DNA of 42,401 bases from Gemmatimonadota bacterium (lineage in GTDB: Bacteria; Gemmatimonadota; Gemmatimonadetes; Gemmatimonadales; GWC2-71-9), in assembly GCA_003221005.1 (NCBI GenBank), contig QHTZ01000017.1, forward strand, positions 1-42,401. Direction: 5' to 3'. The notes under the pieces were generated by a model. The model saw only the letters and a list, made by a program, of their open reading frames with translations, did not search any database and was not told the DNA's origin. Below are positions 20,371 to 28,043 of the stretch, one piece after another. Position numbers and translations under genes: made by a program. The stretch's first letter is position 1. Each line of letters opens with the position of its first letter.

Positions 20371-21992
20371 GCCGGCTCGACCGCCTGCTTCCGGCGCTGG
20401 AGCTGGTGTGCGGCGCGACATTGCGGGTGTGGCGCCATGACGGGAGGAAGGTGCAGGCGCTCGCGGGTCCCGCGCCGGCGGGCACGCCCGCCTGGACGCC
20501 CCCCATCCCGCTTAACGGCGGGGGACCGGTTGCGACCCCGGACGGTCCGGCGTGGCTCGAGCGGGTACCGGATGCGGACGGCGTGTGGCTTGAAGTTCGG
20601 GACCGGGGAAAAGCAACAGGGGATGAGGGGGGCGCCATGCGGCGGGCGGTCGCGCTGGTGGTCGGGTCCGTGCTCGCCACCGAGCGCGAGGCCACGCAGG
20701 TCGCCGCAGAGCTGTCGGAGCGCTACGAGGAGATCGACCTGATCTACACGATCAGCGAGATCCTCGGCCACACGATCCGCCTGGACGAGGCAGCCCAGCG
20801 CATCATCACCGAGGTCTCTACCGTCGTGCGCGCCCAGCGGGCGACGTTGCTCGTGGCTGACGAGGAGCGCCGGGTGCTGCGGCTGGTCGCGGCACGGGGG
20901 ATCGATCCAGGAGAGTTGGACCCGCGCGACGCCGAGGCGATCGAGCTGGATGACGCCTGCTCGGTCGCCGCGCGCGTGTTTCGAGAGGGACGGATCATCG
21001 CGTACGACCCGACCGATCCCGCGGCCGAGAACCCCGGGTGCGCGGAGGGGCGTCGCTACAAGGGGAAGGCCTTTTTGTCCGTCCCCGTGCTGTACGCCGC
21101 ACCGGGGCAGCCTTCGCGCCCCATCGGCGTCATCAACCTTACGGACCGGTTGGGGGAAGACGCTTTCACGGCGGGGGACCGCAAGCTCGTGGCCGCGATC
21201 GCGAACCAGATCGGTGCGGCGATCGAAAACGCCCGACTCGCGGCGCGTGATCTGAGCCAGCAGCAGATGCGGCGTGAGCTCGAGCTCGCGCGCGATCTGC
21301 AGCTGAAGCTGCTGCCTTCGCCGCTCGTGATCGCGGCACGCGCGGACGTGGCGGCGCGCTGTCGCCAGGCCGAATCGGTGGGCGGCGACTTCTACAACCT
21401 GCTCAGCCTGTCCGGGGACCGGCTGGGCGTGATGATCGGCGACGTGACGAGCCACGGCTTCGGGGCCGCGCTCATCATGGCGCTCGCGATGGCGGCGTCC
21501 GGCATCCACGGCGAAGCGGCCGACTCGCCGAGTGAGGCCATGGAACGGCTGGAGGAGTCGCTCAAGGACGAGCTCGCGCGTACCGAGATGTTTCTCACCC
21601 TGTTCTACGGCGTGCTCGACCCCTCGGTCGGCCGTCTGACGTATGCCAATGCTGGACACGCGCACGCGTTCGTCGTCGAGGGGACGACCGGGGAGTCGAC
21701 CCGTCTCGCGGCCACGCGCCCACCGCTGGGACTCGCCGCTACCCACGGGCGTGACGAGATGCGTCCGTGGCGGCGCAAGCGCGACCTGTTGTGCCTGTTC
21801 ACCGACGGGATCGCCGACGCCCTGAGCGAGCGCGGCGAGCGCTTCGGTGAGGAGCGCCTCCTCGGTCACGCGCGCTCGCTGCGCGAGCGACCGACGCGCG
21901 AGATCCTCGAAGCGATCTACGCCGACCTGGCAGCCTTCACCGGCGGCGCGCCGCCCTCCGACGACCGTACCCTGGTGCTGCTCAAGGTGTGA
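20346..21992 (+). CDS. GAF + PP2C (SpoIIE/RsbU-type) phosphatase
   Basis: GAF domain, VGGDFY, GDVTSHG, YANAGH, FTDG, DDRTL; start uncertain. Confidence 0.92.
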   Translation: MPDAPGGLSRLDRLLPALELVCGATLRVWRHDGRKVQALAGPAPAGTPAWTPPIPLNGGGPVATPDGPAWLERVPDADGVWLEVRDRGKATGDEGGAMRRAVALVVGSVLATEREATQVAAELSERYEEIDLIYTISEILGHTIRLDEAAQRIITEVSTVVRAQRATLLVADEERRVLRLVAARGIDPGELDPRDAEAIELDDACSVAARVFREGRIIAYDPTDPAAENPGCAEGRRYKGKAFLSVPVLYAAPGQPSRPIGVINLTDRLGEDAFTAGDRKLVAAIANQIGAAIENARLAARDLSQQQMRRELELARDLQLKLLPSPLVIAARADVAARCRQAESVGGDFYNLLSLSGDRLGVMIGDVTSHGFGAALIMALAMAASGIHGEAADSPSEAMERLEESLKDELARTEMFLTLFYGVLDPSVGRLTYANAGHAHAFVVEGTTGESTRLAATRPPLGLAATHGRDEMRPWRRKRDLLCLFTDGIADALSERGERFGEERLLGHARSLRERPTREILEAIYADLAAFTGGAPPSDDRTLVLLKV

Positions 21993-22807
21993 CACGACTC
22001 GGCCAGCACTTCCTCGCCGATCCCAACCTCCTCCACAAGATCGCCGCGGCCCTCGACCCCGGGGCCGACGACGTGGTGCTCGAGATCGGGCCGGGGACGG
22101 GGAACCTGACCCGCATCGTTGCGCCCCAGGTCCAGCGGCTCATTGCCATCGAACGGGATCGCCGGCTCGCTTCCGAATGCGGAATGCGGAATGTGGAATG
22201 CGGAATCAAAAATGTGACGGTCGTGCCGGGTGACGCCCTAGAGCTGAATTGGCACGCACTTCTCGACACCGTACCTGACATTCCGCATTCCGCATTCCGC
22301 ATTCCGCATTTCAAGCTCATCGGCAACATCCCCTACTACATCACCTCGCCGCTCATCGCGAAGGCACTGACCCCCCCGCTCCCCGAGCGCATCGTGTTTC
22401 TGGTGCAGCGCGAAGTCGCCGACCGGCTCGCGGCTCGTCCGGGGACGAAGCCGTATGGCGCGCTCTCCGTGGGGGTGCAGGCGACGTGCCGCGTGGAGCA
22501 GCTGCTCGTGGTGCCGGCGGGGGCGTTCCGGCCGCGCCCCAAGGTGGACAGCGCGCTGGTGCGGCTCACGCCGCTCGCCGAGCCGCTCGTCACTCCCGGG
22601 GAGACGGGGGCGTTCCGCACGTTCGTCGCCGCGTGTTTCAGCCGGCGACGCAAGCAGCTGCGGAACGCGGTCATGGCCGCCACCCGAAAGCCCGCAGCGG
22701 CGGTGACGGCGCTGCTGGCCGAGGTGGGGCTCGACCCGGTCAGCCGGCCCGAGAGGGTTGCTCCCGCGGGGTTCGCCCGACTCTTGCGCGCGAGTCAGCA
22801 ATTGTGA
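21989..22807 (+). CDS. rsmA: 16S rRNA dimethyltransferase RsmA/KsgA, with two repeat-encoded segments
   Basis: LGQHFL, EIGPGTG, GDAL, GNIPYYITSP, F.PRPKVDSA. Confidence 0.96.
   Translation: MTRLGQHFLADPNLLHKIAAALDPGADDVVLEIGPGTGNLTRIVAPQVQRLIAIERDRRLASECGMRNVECGIKNVTVVPGDALELNWHALLDTVPDIPHSAFRIPHFKLIGNIPYYITSPLIAKALTPPLPERIVFLVQREVADRLAARPGTKPYGALSVGVQATCRVEQLLVVPAGAFRPRPKVDSALVRLTPLAEPLVTPGETGAFRTFVAACFSRRRKQLRNAVMAATRKPAAAVTALLAEVGLDPVSRPERVAPAGFARLLRASQQL
22175..22310. repeat. Inverted heptamer arrays within rsmA
   Basis: gaatgcg gaatgcg gaatgtg gaatgcg gaat (22175-22206) and cattccg x4 catt (22279-22310). Confidence 0.95.
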
Positions 22808-22819
22808 AATAATTCACAA
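22802..22819. promoter_or_regulatory. Rex operator
   Basis: TTGTGAA-ATAA-TTCACAA matches the Rex consensus TTGTGAAn4TTCACAA; overlaps the rsmA stop and the rex ATG. Confidence 0.92.
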
Positions 22820-23439
22820 TGCGGAAGATCGCCGAAAGCACCGTCCGCCGGCTCTCGCTCTACCTCCGATTCCTCGAGCACTCGCAAGGGCAGGGCCACA
22901 CCACCATCTCCTCCGCCGACCTCGCCCGCCGCGGCGGCACCACCTCCGCCCAGGTGCGCAAGGACCTGTCCTTTTTCGGCTCGTTCGGCAAGCGCGGGTT
23001 GGGCTATCCCGTGGGCGAGCTCGCCGCTCGGCTGCGCGACATCCTCGGCCTGCGCCGCACCTACCGCATCGTGGTCATCGGGGCCGGCCGCATCGGTGGG
23101 GCGCTGGTGCAGTACCCCGGGTTCCGCCAGCGCGGCTTCAACGTGAGCGCGATCTACGACAGCGATCCCAAGAAGGTCGGCTCGCGCTGGAACGGCCTGC
23201 TCGTGCGGGACGTCGGTCACCTGGAGGCGGACCTCAAGCGGGAGCCGGGCGACATCGCGATCGTGGTTACGCCCGCCGACGCCGCCCAGGAAGTCACCGA
23301 CCGACTGGTGCACGCGGGGGTCAAGGCGATCCTCAACTTCGCGCCGATCCAGCTGACGGTGCCGAGCGACGTGGTCGTGAAATCGGTGAACATGGCGCTC
23401 GAGCTCGAGACGCTGAGTTTCGCGCTGGCGAATCGATAG
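22819..23439 (+). CDS. rex: Redox-sensing transcriptional repressor Rex
   Basis: TVRRLSLY, QVRKDLSFFGSFGKRGLGY, GAGRIG, ILNFAP. Confidence 0.97.
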   Translation: MRKIAESTVRRLSLYLRFLEHSQGQGHTTISSADLARRGGTTSAQVRKDLSFFGSFGKRGLGYPVGELAARLRDILGLRRTYRIVVIGAGRIGGALVQYPGFRQRGFNVSAIYDSDPKKVGSRWNGLLVRDVGHLEADLKREPGDIAIVVTPADAAQEVTDRLVHAGVKAILNFAPIQLTVPSDVVVKSVNMALELETLSFALANR

Positions 23440-23444
23440 AAGGC

Positions 23445-23547
23445 AATGCGGAATTCGGAATGTGGAATGCGGAATTGATGTGGGAGGTCGTTCGCCTCCG
23501 CGACACCCACATTTGAATTCCGCATTCCGCATTGCCCATTCCGCATT
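23445..23547. repeat. Intergenic inverted heptamer-array hairpin (rex-arcA)
   Basis: aatgcgg aattcgg aatgtgg aatgcgg aatt / inner stem atgtggg..cccacat / aattccg cattccg cattgcc cattccg catt. Confidence 0.95.
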
Positions 23548-23564
23548 CGTTTACATTCCCGCCC

Positions 23565-24797
23565 ATGCCCCGGGTCCACATCACCTCCGAAATCGGGCCG
23601 CTCCGGGCGGTGCTGGTTCATACTCCCGGGCGCGAGCTCGTCGCGGTCACGCCCGCCAATCGTGAGGCCTACCTCTACGACGACATCATCGACCTGGAGC
23701 TCGCCCAGCGCGAGCACCGGAGCTTCGTCGCCGTGCTGGAGCGGTTCGCGCAGGTGCATGAAGTGCGCGTGCTGCTCACGGAGCTCGCCGGGCAGCCGGA
23801 GGTGCGCGAGTACCTCGTCACGGGAGCGCTGGAGGTCGTGCCATCGGATGCGCTCGCGAAGCAGCTGGCGGAGCTCTCAGCAGCGGATCTCGTCACGCTC
23901 ATGATCGAGGGCGCGCTCGAGGAGGCGGGTCCGATCGCGCGCGCCCTGAACGAGACCCGGTACGCCCTCCCCCCGCTCCCGAATCTCTTCTTCACCCGGG
24001 ACGCCGGCCTCGTGATGGGGGAACACGCGGTTATCGGGTCGATGCGTCACGGCGTGCGGTGGACGGAGGAGCTGCTCGTCAAGGCGCTGTTCCGCTATCA
24101 CCCCTGCCTCGAGAACGCCGGCATTCTGTACGACGGCTCGGAGGAGAAGCGCAGCAACTACACCCTGGAGGGCGGCGACGTGCATCCGTTGCGCCCGGAC
24201 CTGCTGCTACTCGGTTTCAGCGAGCGCTCCAGCCCGGCGGCGCTCGACCACCTCTGTGACCTGGTGTTCGAGCACTGCGGCGTGCAGGACGCGATCGTCG
24301 TGGTGCTGCCGAACGAGCGGACCGCGATCCATTTGGACATGATCTTCACGCAGATCGATCGAGAGGCATGCTGCGTGTATCCGCCGCATTTCGTGGGGCC
24401 GGAACGGCTTGCGGTGCTGCATCGCCGCAAGCGCTCCAAGGGCGTGAAGGAGATGCCTAACTTCTTCGCCGCCCTTCAGGCGGTGGACCAACCGCTCGAG
24501 CCGCTGTTCTGCGGCGGCGCGAGCCGCCCGGTGCAGGAACGGGAGCAATGGTCGAGCGCCTGCAACTTCTTCGCGGTGCGCCCCGGCGTGGTACTGACCT
24601 ATGAGCGCAACGACGCGACGCTTGCCGAGCTGGCGCGCGCCGGCTTCCGGGTGGTGCCGGCGGCGCGCCTGGCGCGCGGGGAGGAATCGCTGGCGGAGGG
24701 GGAGCGGGCGGCGATCGCGATCGAGGGAAGCGAGCTGGTGCGCGGAGCCGGGGGCCCCCGCTGCATGACGCTGCCGCTCCGCCGGGACGACCTCTGA
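23565..24797 (+). CDS. arcA: Arginine deiminase
   Basis: SEIGPLR.VL.H.PG.EL, PNLFFTRD, LEGGD, HLD, ELVRGAGGPRCMT.PL.R. Confidence 0.93.
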   Translation: MPRVHITSEIGPLRAVLVHTPGRELVAVTPANREAYLYDDIIDLELAQREHRSFVAVLERFAQVHEVRVLLTELAGQPEVREYLVTGALEVVPSDALAKQLAELSAADLVTLMIEGALEEAGPIARALNETRYALPPLPNLFFTRDAGLVMGEHAVIGSMRHGVRWTEELLVKALFRYHPCLENAGILYDGSEEKRSNYTLEGGDVHPLRPDLLLLGFSERSSPAALDHLCDLVFEHCGVQDAIVVVLPNERTAIHLDMIFTQIDREACCVYPPHFVGPERLAVLHRRKRSKGVKEMPNFFAALQAVDQPLEPLFCGGASRPVQEREQWSSACNFFAVRPGVVLTYERNDATLAELARAGFRVVPAARLARGEESLAEGERAAIAIEGSELVRGAGGPRCMTLPLRRDDL

Positions 24798-25660
24798 CGA
24801 CCCACACCACCTTCCGCGTCGGCCAGCTCACCTGTCACGCCTTGGAAGGCGGCACCCAGCGCCTCGACGGGGGCGCGATGTTCGGCGTCGTCCCCAAGCC
24901 GCTGTGGGAGCGCCGCATACCGCCCGACGAGCGCAATCGTATCACGCTGGCGCTCCGCTGCCTGCTCGTGGAGCACGATGACGGCCTCGTCCTGATCGAC
25001 ACGGGGTTGGGGAATAAGGAGGACGCCAAGTTCCGGGACATCTACGGCGTGGCGAACGCGGGGACGCGCGGTCCCACCCAGCTCGAGGACGCGCTCGTCG
25101 CCCTGGGTTTTCGGCCCGAAGAGATCCGCTGGGTGATCAACACGCATCTGCACTTCGACCACGCCGGCGGCAACACCTGGCGTGATCCCGCGGGCGCCGT
25201 AGGGCTGAGCTTCCCGCAGGCGCGCTACGTGGTGCAGGCCAAGGAGCTCGACTTCGCGCGCCACACGAACGAGCGCACCGCCGCAAGCTACCTGTCGCAC
25301 AACTTCGAGTCGGTGCCGTTCACCGTCGTGACGGGGGAAGCAAGCGTGCTGCCTGGGATTCGTTGCCTCCCTACGCCGGGCCACGTGCCGTATCACCAGT
25401 CGATCCTGATCGAAAGCGGGGGGGAGCGGGCCTGCTTCGTGGCCGACCTCGTGCCCACGACGGCCCACCTGCCGCTCCCCTGGATCATGGGCTACGACCT
25501 CGAGCCGCTCGTCACGCTCGAGTCGAAGCGGAGCCTGTACCGGCGGGCGGAGGCGGAGCAGTGGCTGCTGTTCTTCGAGCACGATCCCCACGTCGTGGCG
25601 GGTCGGCTCGCGCGGGAGGCGAAGGGATTCGGCCTTGTGGACCAGGTTCAGCGCAGCTAA
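24794..25660 (+). CDS. Metallo-beta-lactamase fold hydrolase (YtnP-like lactonase family)
   Basis: LDGGAMFGVVPKPLW, THLHFDHAGG, GYDL.P, FEHD; start uncertain (CTG 24794 or TTG 24842). Confidence 0.9.
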   Translation: MTTHTTFRVGQLTCHALEGGTQRLDGGAMFGVVPKPLWERRIPPDERNRITLALRCLLVEHDDGLVLIDTGLGNKEDAKFRDIYGVANAGTRGPTQLEDALVALGFRPEEIRWVINTHLHFDHAGGNTWRDPAGAVGLSFPQARYVVQAKELDFARHTNERTAASYLSHNFESVPFTVVTGEASVLPGIRCLPTPGHVPYHQSILIESGGERACFVADLVPTTAHLPLPWIMGYDLEPLVTLESKRSLYRRAEAEQWLLFFEHDPHVVAGRLAREAKGFGLVDQVQRS

Positions 25661-25663
25661 CTT
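25635..25663 (+). promoter_or_regulatory. Putative sigma70 promoter for the infC operon
   Basis: TTGTGG-N17-TAACTT. Confidence 0.45.
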
Positions 25664-25743
25664 GGTGCCCACAATACGGTAAGCGGGCGCCGGCGGCGCC
25701 TCACCCGCATGGCCTCTCCCGCGGGAGAGTGCTCCAGGGTTCT

Positions 25744-25800
25744 GGGACCTCACCCCCTGGCCCCATCTCCGCGATGCGGAGAGGGGGAACGGATGTGAGG
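25744..25800. repeat. CCTCACCCC/CCCTCTCC-type palindromic element, copy 1
   Basis: Aligns with the reverse complement of 41866-41922. Confidence 0.85.
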
Positions 25801-25845
25801 AAAGCGGGTTCCGGGCGGCTGGAGTCCGCTTTTTCGTTTTCTTTC
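25801..25845 (+). terminator. Intrinsic terminator/attenuator in the infC leader
   Basis: aaagcgggttcc-gggcggct-ggagtccgcttt followed by a T-rich tract. Confidence 0.7.
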
Positions 25846-25864
25846 TCTAGGAGGAGACGGACAC

Positions 25865-26392
25865 CTGGCGATCGAAAGCACAAATAAGGCGCCGCGCACC
25901 CGGGTAAATCGGCAGATCCGCATCAGTCCTCTCCGGGTGATCGCTCCCGACGGTGAGCAGCTGGGAGTGATGACTGTCGAGGAAGCGCTCGCGGCGGCGC
26001 AGCAGCGGGGCCTCGACCTGGTCGAGGTGGCACCGTTGGCCCGCCCCCCCGTGGTCAAGATCATGGACTACGGCAAGTTCAAGTTCGAGCAGGCCAAGGC
26101 AGCGCGGGCGGCGAAGAAGAAGCAGCACGTGATTCATCTCAAGGAAGTAAAGTTTCGGCCCGGCATCGACGATCACGACTTCGCGTTCAAGACGCGCCAC
26201 GCCCGGGAATTCTTGCAGGACGGCAACAAGGTGAAGGTGACGATGATGTACCGCGGCCGGCAGATGGCGCACATCGACCTCGGCCGCGAAGTGCTCGACC
26301 GCGTCGCCGGCGAGCTGAAGGACATCGCGAAGATCGAGCAGGAGCCGAAGCTCGAAGGCCGCAACATGTCGATGGTGCTGGGGCCGAAGTAA
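25865..26392 (+). CDS. infC: Translation initiation factor IF-3 (non-canonical start)
   Basis: RVNRQIRISPLRVI..DGEQLG, PPVVKIMDYGKFKFE, KEVKFRP; only CTG (25865) or ATC (25871) follows AGGAGG. Confidence 0.95.
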   Translation: MAIESTNKAPRTRVNRQIRISPLRVIAPDGEQLGVMTVEEALAAAQQRGLDLVEVAPLARPPVVKIMDYGKFKFEQAKAARAAKKKQHVIHLKEVKFRPGIDDHDFAFKTRHAREFLQDGNKVKVTMMYRGRQMAHIDLGREVLDRVAGELKDIAKIEQEPKLEGRNMSMVLGPK

Positions 26393-26424
26393 CCCCGGGG
26401 CGTCGCCCCGGGGCTAACCGCCCG
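26391..26424. repeat. REP copy between infC and rpmI
   Basis: aaccccggggcgtcgccccggggctaaccgcccg. Confidence 0.9.
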
Positions 26425-26450
26425 AGGGAGTGCCCGGACGGAGGAACCAC

Positions 26451-26645
26451 ATGCCGAAGCAGAAGTCCAAGCGCGCACTCCGGAAGCGCGTCAGGCTGAC
26501 GGGGCGTGGACGGCTGCGCCGCCATCGCGCGTACAAGAGCCACATCCTGACCAAGAAGCATCCCAAGCGGAAGCGCCACCTGCGCAAAGCGACGCTGGTG
26601 TCGCACGCCGACGAACGCCGCCTCAAGCGCCTGCTGATGGCGTAG
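26451..26645 (+). CDS. rpmI: 50S ribosomal protein L35
   Basis: MPKQKSKR...SHILTKK..KRKRHLR. Confidence 0.96.
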   Translation: MPKQKSKRALRKRVRLTGRGRLRRHRAYKSHILTKKHPKRKRHLRKATLVSHADERRLKRLLMA

Positions 26646-26655
26646 GGAGACCGCG

Positions 26656-27009
26656 ATGCCTCGCGTCAAAAGCAACGTCGCGCGCCTGAAGCGCAAGAAC
26701 AAGATCATGAAGCTCGCCAAGGGCTATTGGGGCGGGCGCAGCAAGCTCTGGAAGGCCGCCAAGGAGACCGTCGAGCGGGCGCAGAAGTACGCCTACCGCG
26801 ACCGCCGCCGCCGCAAGGGCGAGTTCCGGCGGCTCTGGATCACGCGCATCAACGCCGCGGCCCGGCTCCACGCGCTGTCCTACAGCCGCCTCATGAACGG
26901 CCTCAAGCGTGCGGGCGTGGAAATCAACCGGAAGATGCTGGCCGATCTCGCCGTGCGGGACCCCGAAGCGTTTCAGCAGCTGGCGGAGGTCGCGAAGAAG
27001 GCCCTCTGA
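26656..27009 (+). CDS. rplT: 50S ribosomal protein L20
   Basis: [32 protein letters not shown]. Confidence 0.98.
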   Translation: MPRVKSNVARLKRKNKIMKLAKGYWGGRSKLWKAAKETVERAQKYAYRDRRRRKGEFRRLWITRINAAARLHALSYSRLMNGLKRAGVEINRKMLADLAVRDPEAFQQLAEVAKKAL

Positions 27010-27011
27010 CC

Positions 27012-28043
27012 ATGCGCGACCTCCTGGCAGCAGTCCACGCGCTGCGGGAGCGTCTCGGTGAAATTCCGCAGGCGGACGAACGCCGGCTTCAGGATCTGAA
27101 GACGGAGATCCTGGGACGCAAGGCGGGCGCCCTCACCAAGATTCTCGGAGACCTCCCCAAGCTCCAACCCGCGGACCGCAGATCGGTTGGCGCGGCGGCG
27201 AACGTGCTGAAGCGCGACTTCGAGGCCGCCTTCGCCGCGCGCGAGCGCGACCTCGCACGCGCCTCCCGTGCGACGGTGGGCCTCGATCCCACGATGCCGG
27301 GGCGCCCCTCCTGGCGCGGCGGGCTCCACCTCGTGACGCAGGTGGTCGCGGAGATCTGCGACATCTTCCGCGAGCTCGGATTCACCCGCGCCGTGGGGCC
27401 CGAGGCCGAAACCGAGTGGTACAACTTCGGCGCGCTCAACTTTCCCAAAGACCACCCGGCGATCGACGTGCAGGACTCGTTCTACCTGGCCGACGGGCTG
27501 CTGCTGCGCACTCACACCTCCCCGGTGCAGGTGCGGACGATGGAGCAGTACCGGCCCCCCATCCGCGTCGTGTCGCCCGGACAGTGCTACCGCCGCGACC
27601 CGTTTGATCCTTCCCATGCTCCCGTGTTCGAGCAGGTCGAGGGACTGGTGGTGGACGAGGGCGTGACGTTCGTCGATCTGAAGGCCACCCTCTCGGCGTT
27701 CGCGCGCCAGTTCTTCGGGCCACACACAGCCACACGGTTTTCGCCGTCCTATTTCCCGTTCACCGAGCCGTCAGCCGACATGCAGGTGAGCTGCTCCGTA
27801 TGCCATGGCGCAGGGTGTCCCACGTGCAAGCAGACCGGGTGGATGGAGATCCTCGGCTCGGGGATGGTGCACCCTGCAGTGCTCGAGAACTGTCGCATCG
27901 ACCCGGAGCACTACAGCGGGTTCGCCTTCGGGATGGGCCCGCACCGTATCGCCATGGTGCGGCACGGCATCCCCGACATCCGGCTGTTTTTCGAGGGCGA
28001 CGTGCGCTTCCTGGCGCAGTTCTCCGGTGAGGGCGCGCCGTGA
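27012..28043 (+). CDS. pheS: Phenylalanine-tRNA ligase alpha subunit
   Basis: LLRTHTSPVQVR, F.QVEGL, YFPFTEPS, GFAFGMG. Confidence 0.97.
   Translation: MRDLLAAVHALRERLGEIPQADERRLQDLKTEILGRKAGALTKILGDLPKLQPADRRSVGAAANVLKRDFEAAFAARERDLARASRATVGLDPTMPGRPSWRGGLHLVTQVVAEICDIFRELGFTRAVGPEAETEWYNFGALNFPKDHPAIDVQDSFYLADGLLLRTHTSPVQVRTMEQYRPPIRVVSPGQCYRRDPFDPSHAPVFEQVEGLVVDEGVTFVDLKATLSAFARQFFGPHTATRFSPSYFPFTEPSADMQVSCSVCHGAGCPTCKQTGWMEILGSGMVHPAVLENCRIDPEHYSGFAFGMGPHRIAMVRHGIPDIRLFFEGDVRFLAQFSGEGAP

Larger units (their letters stand above)
25670..25845 (+). ncRNA. Ribosomal protein L20 leader-like cis-regulatory RNA
   Basis: AAGC-[GGGCGC cggcg GCGCCT]-CACC-stem...GGTT architecture, followed by a terminator hairpin, upstream of infC-rpmI-rplT. 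Confidence 0.6.
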
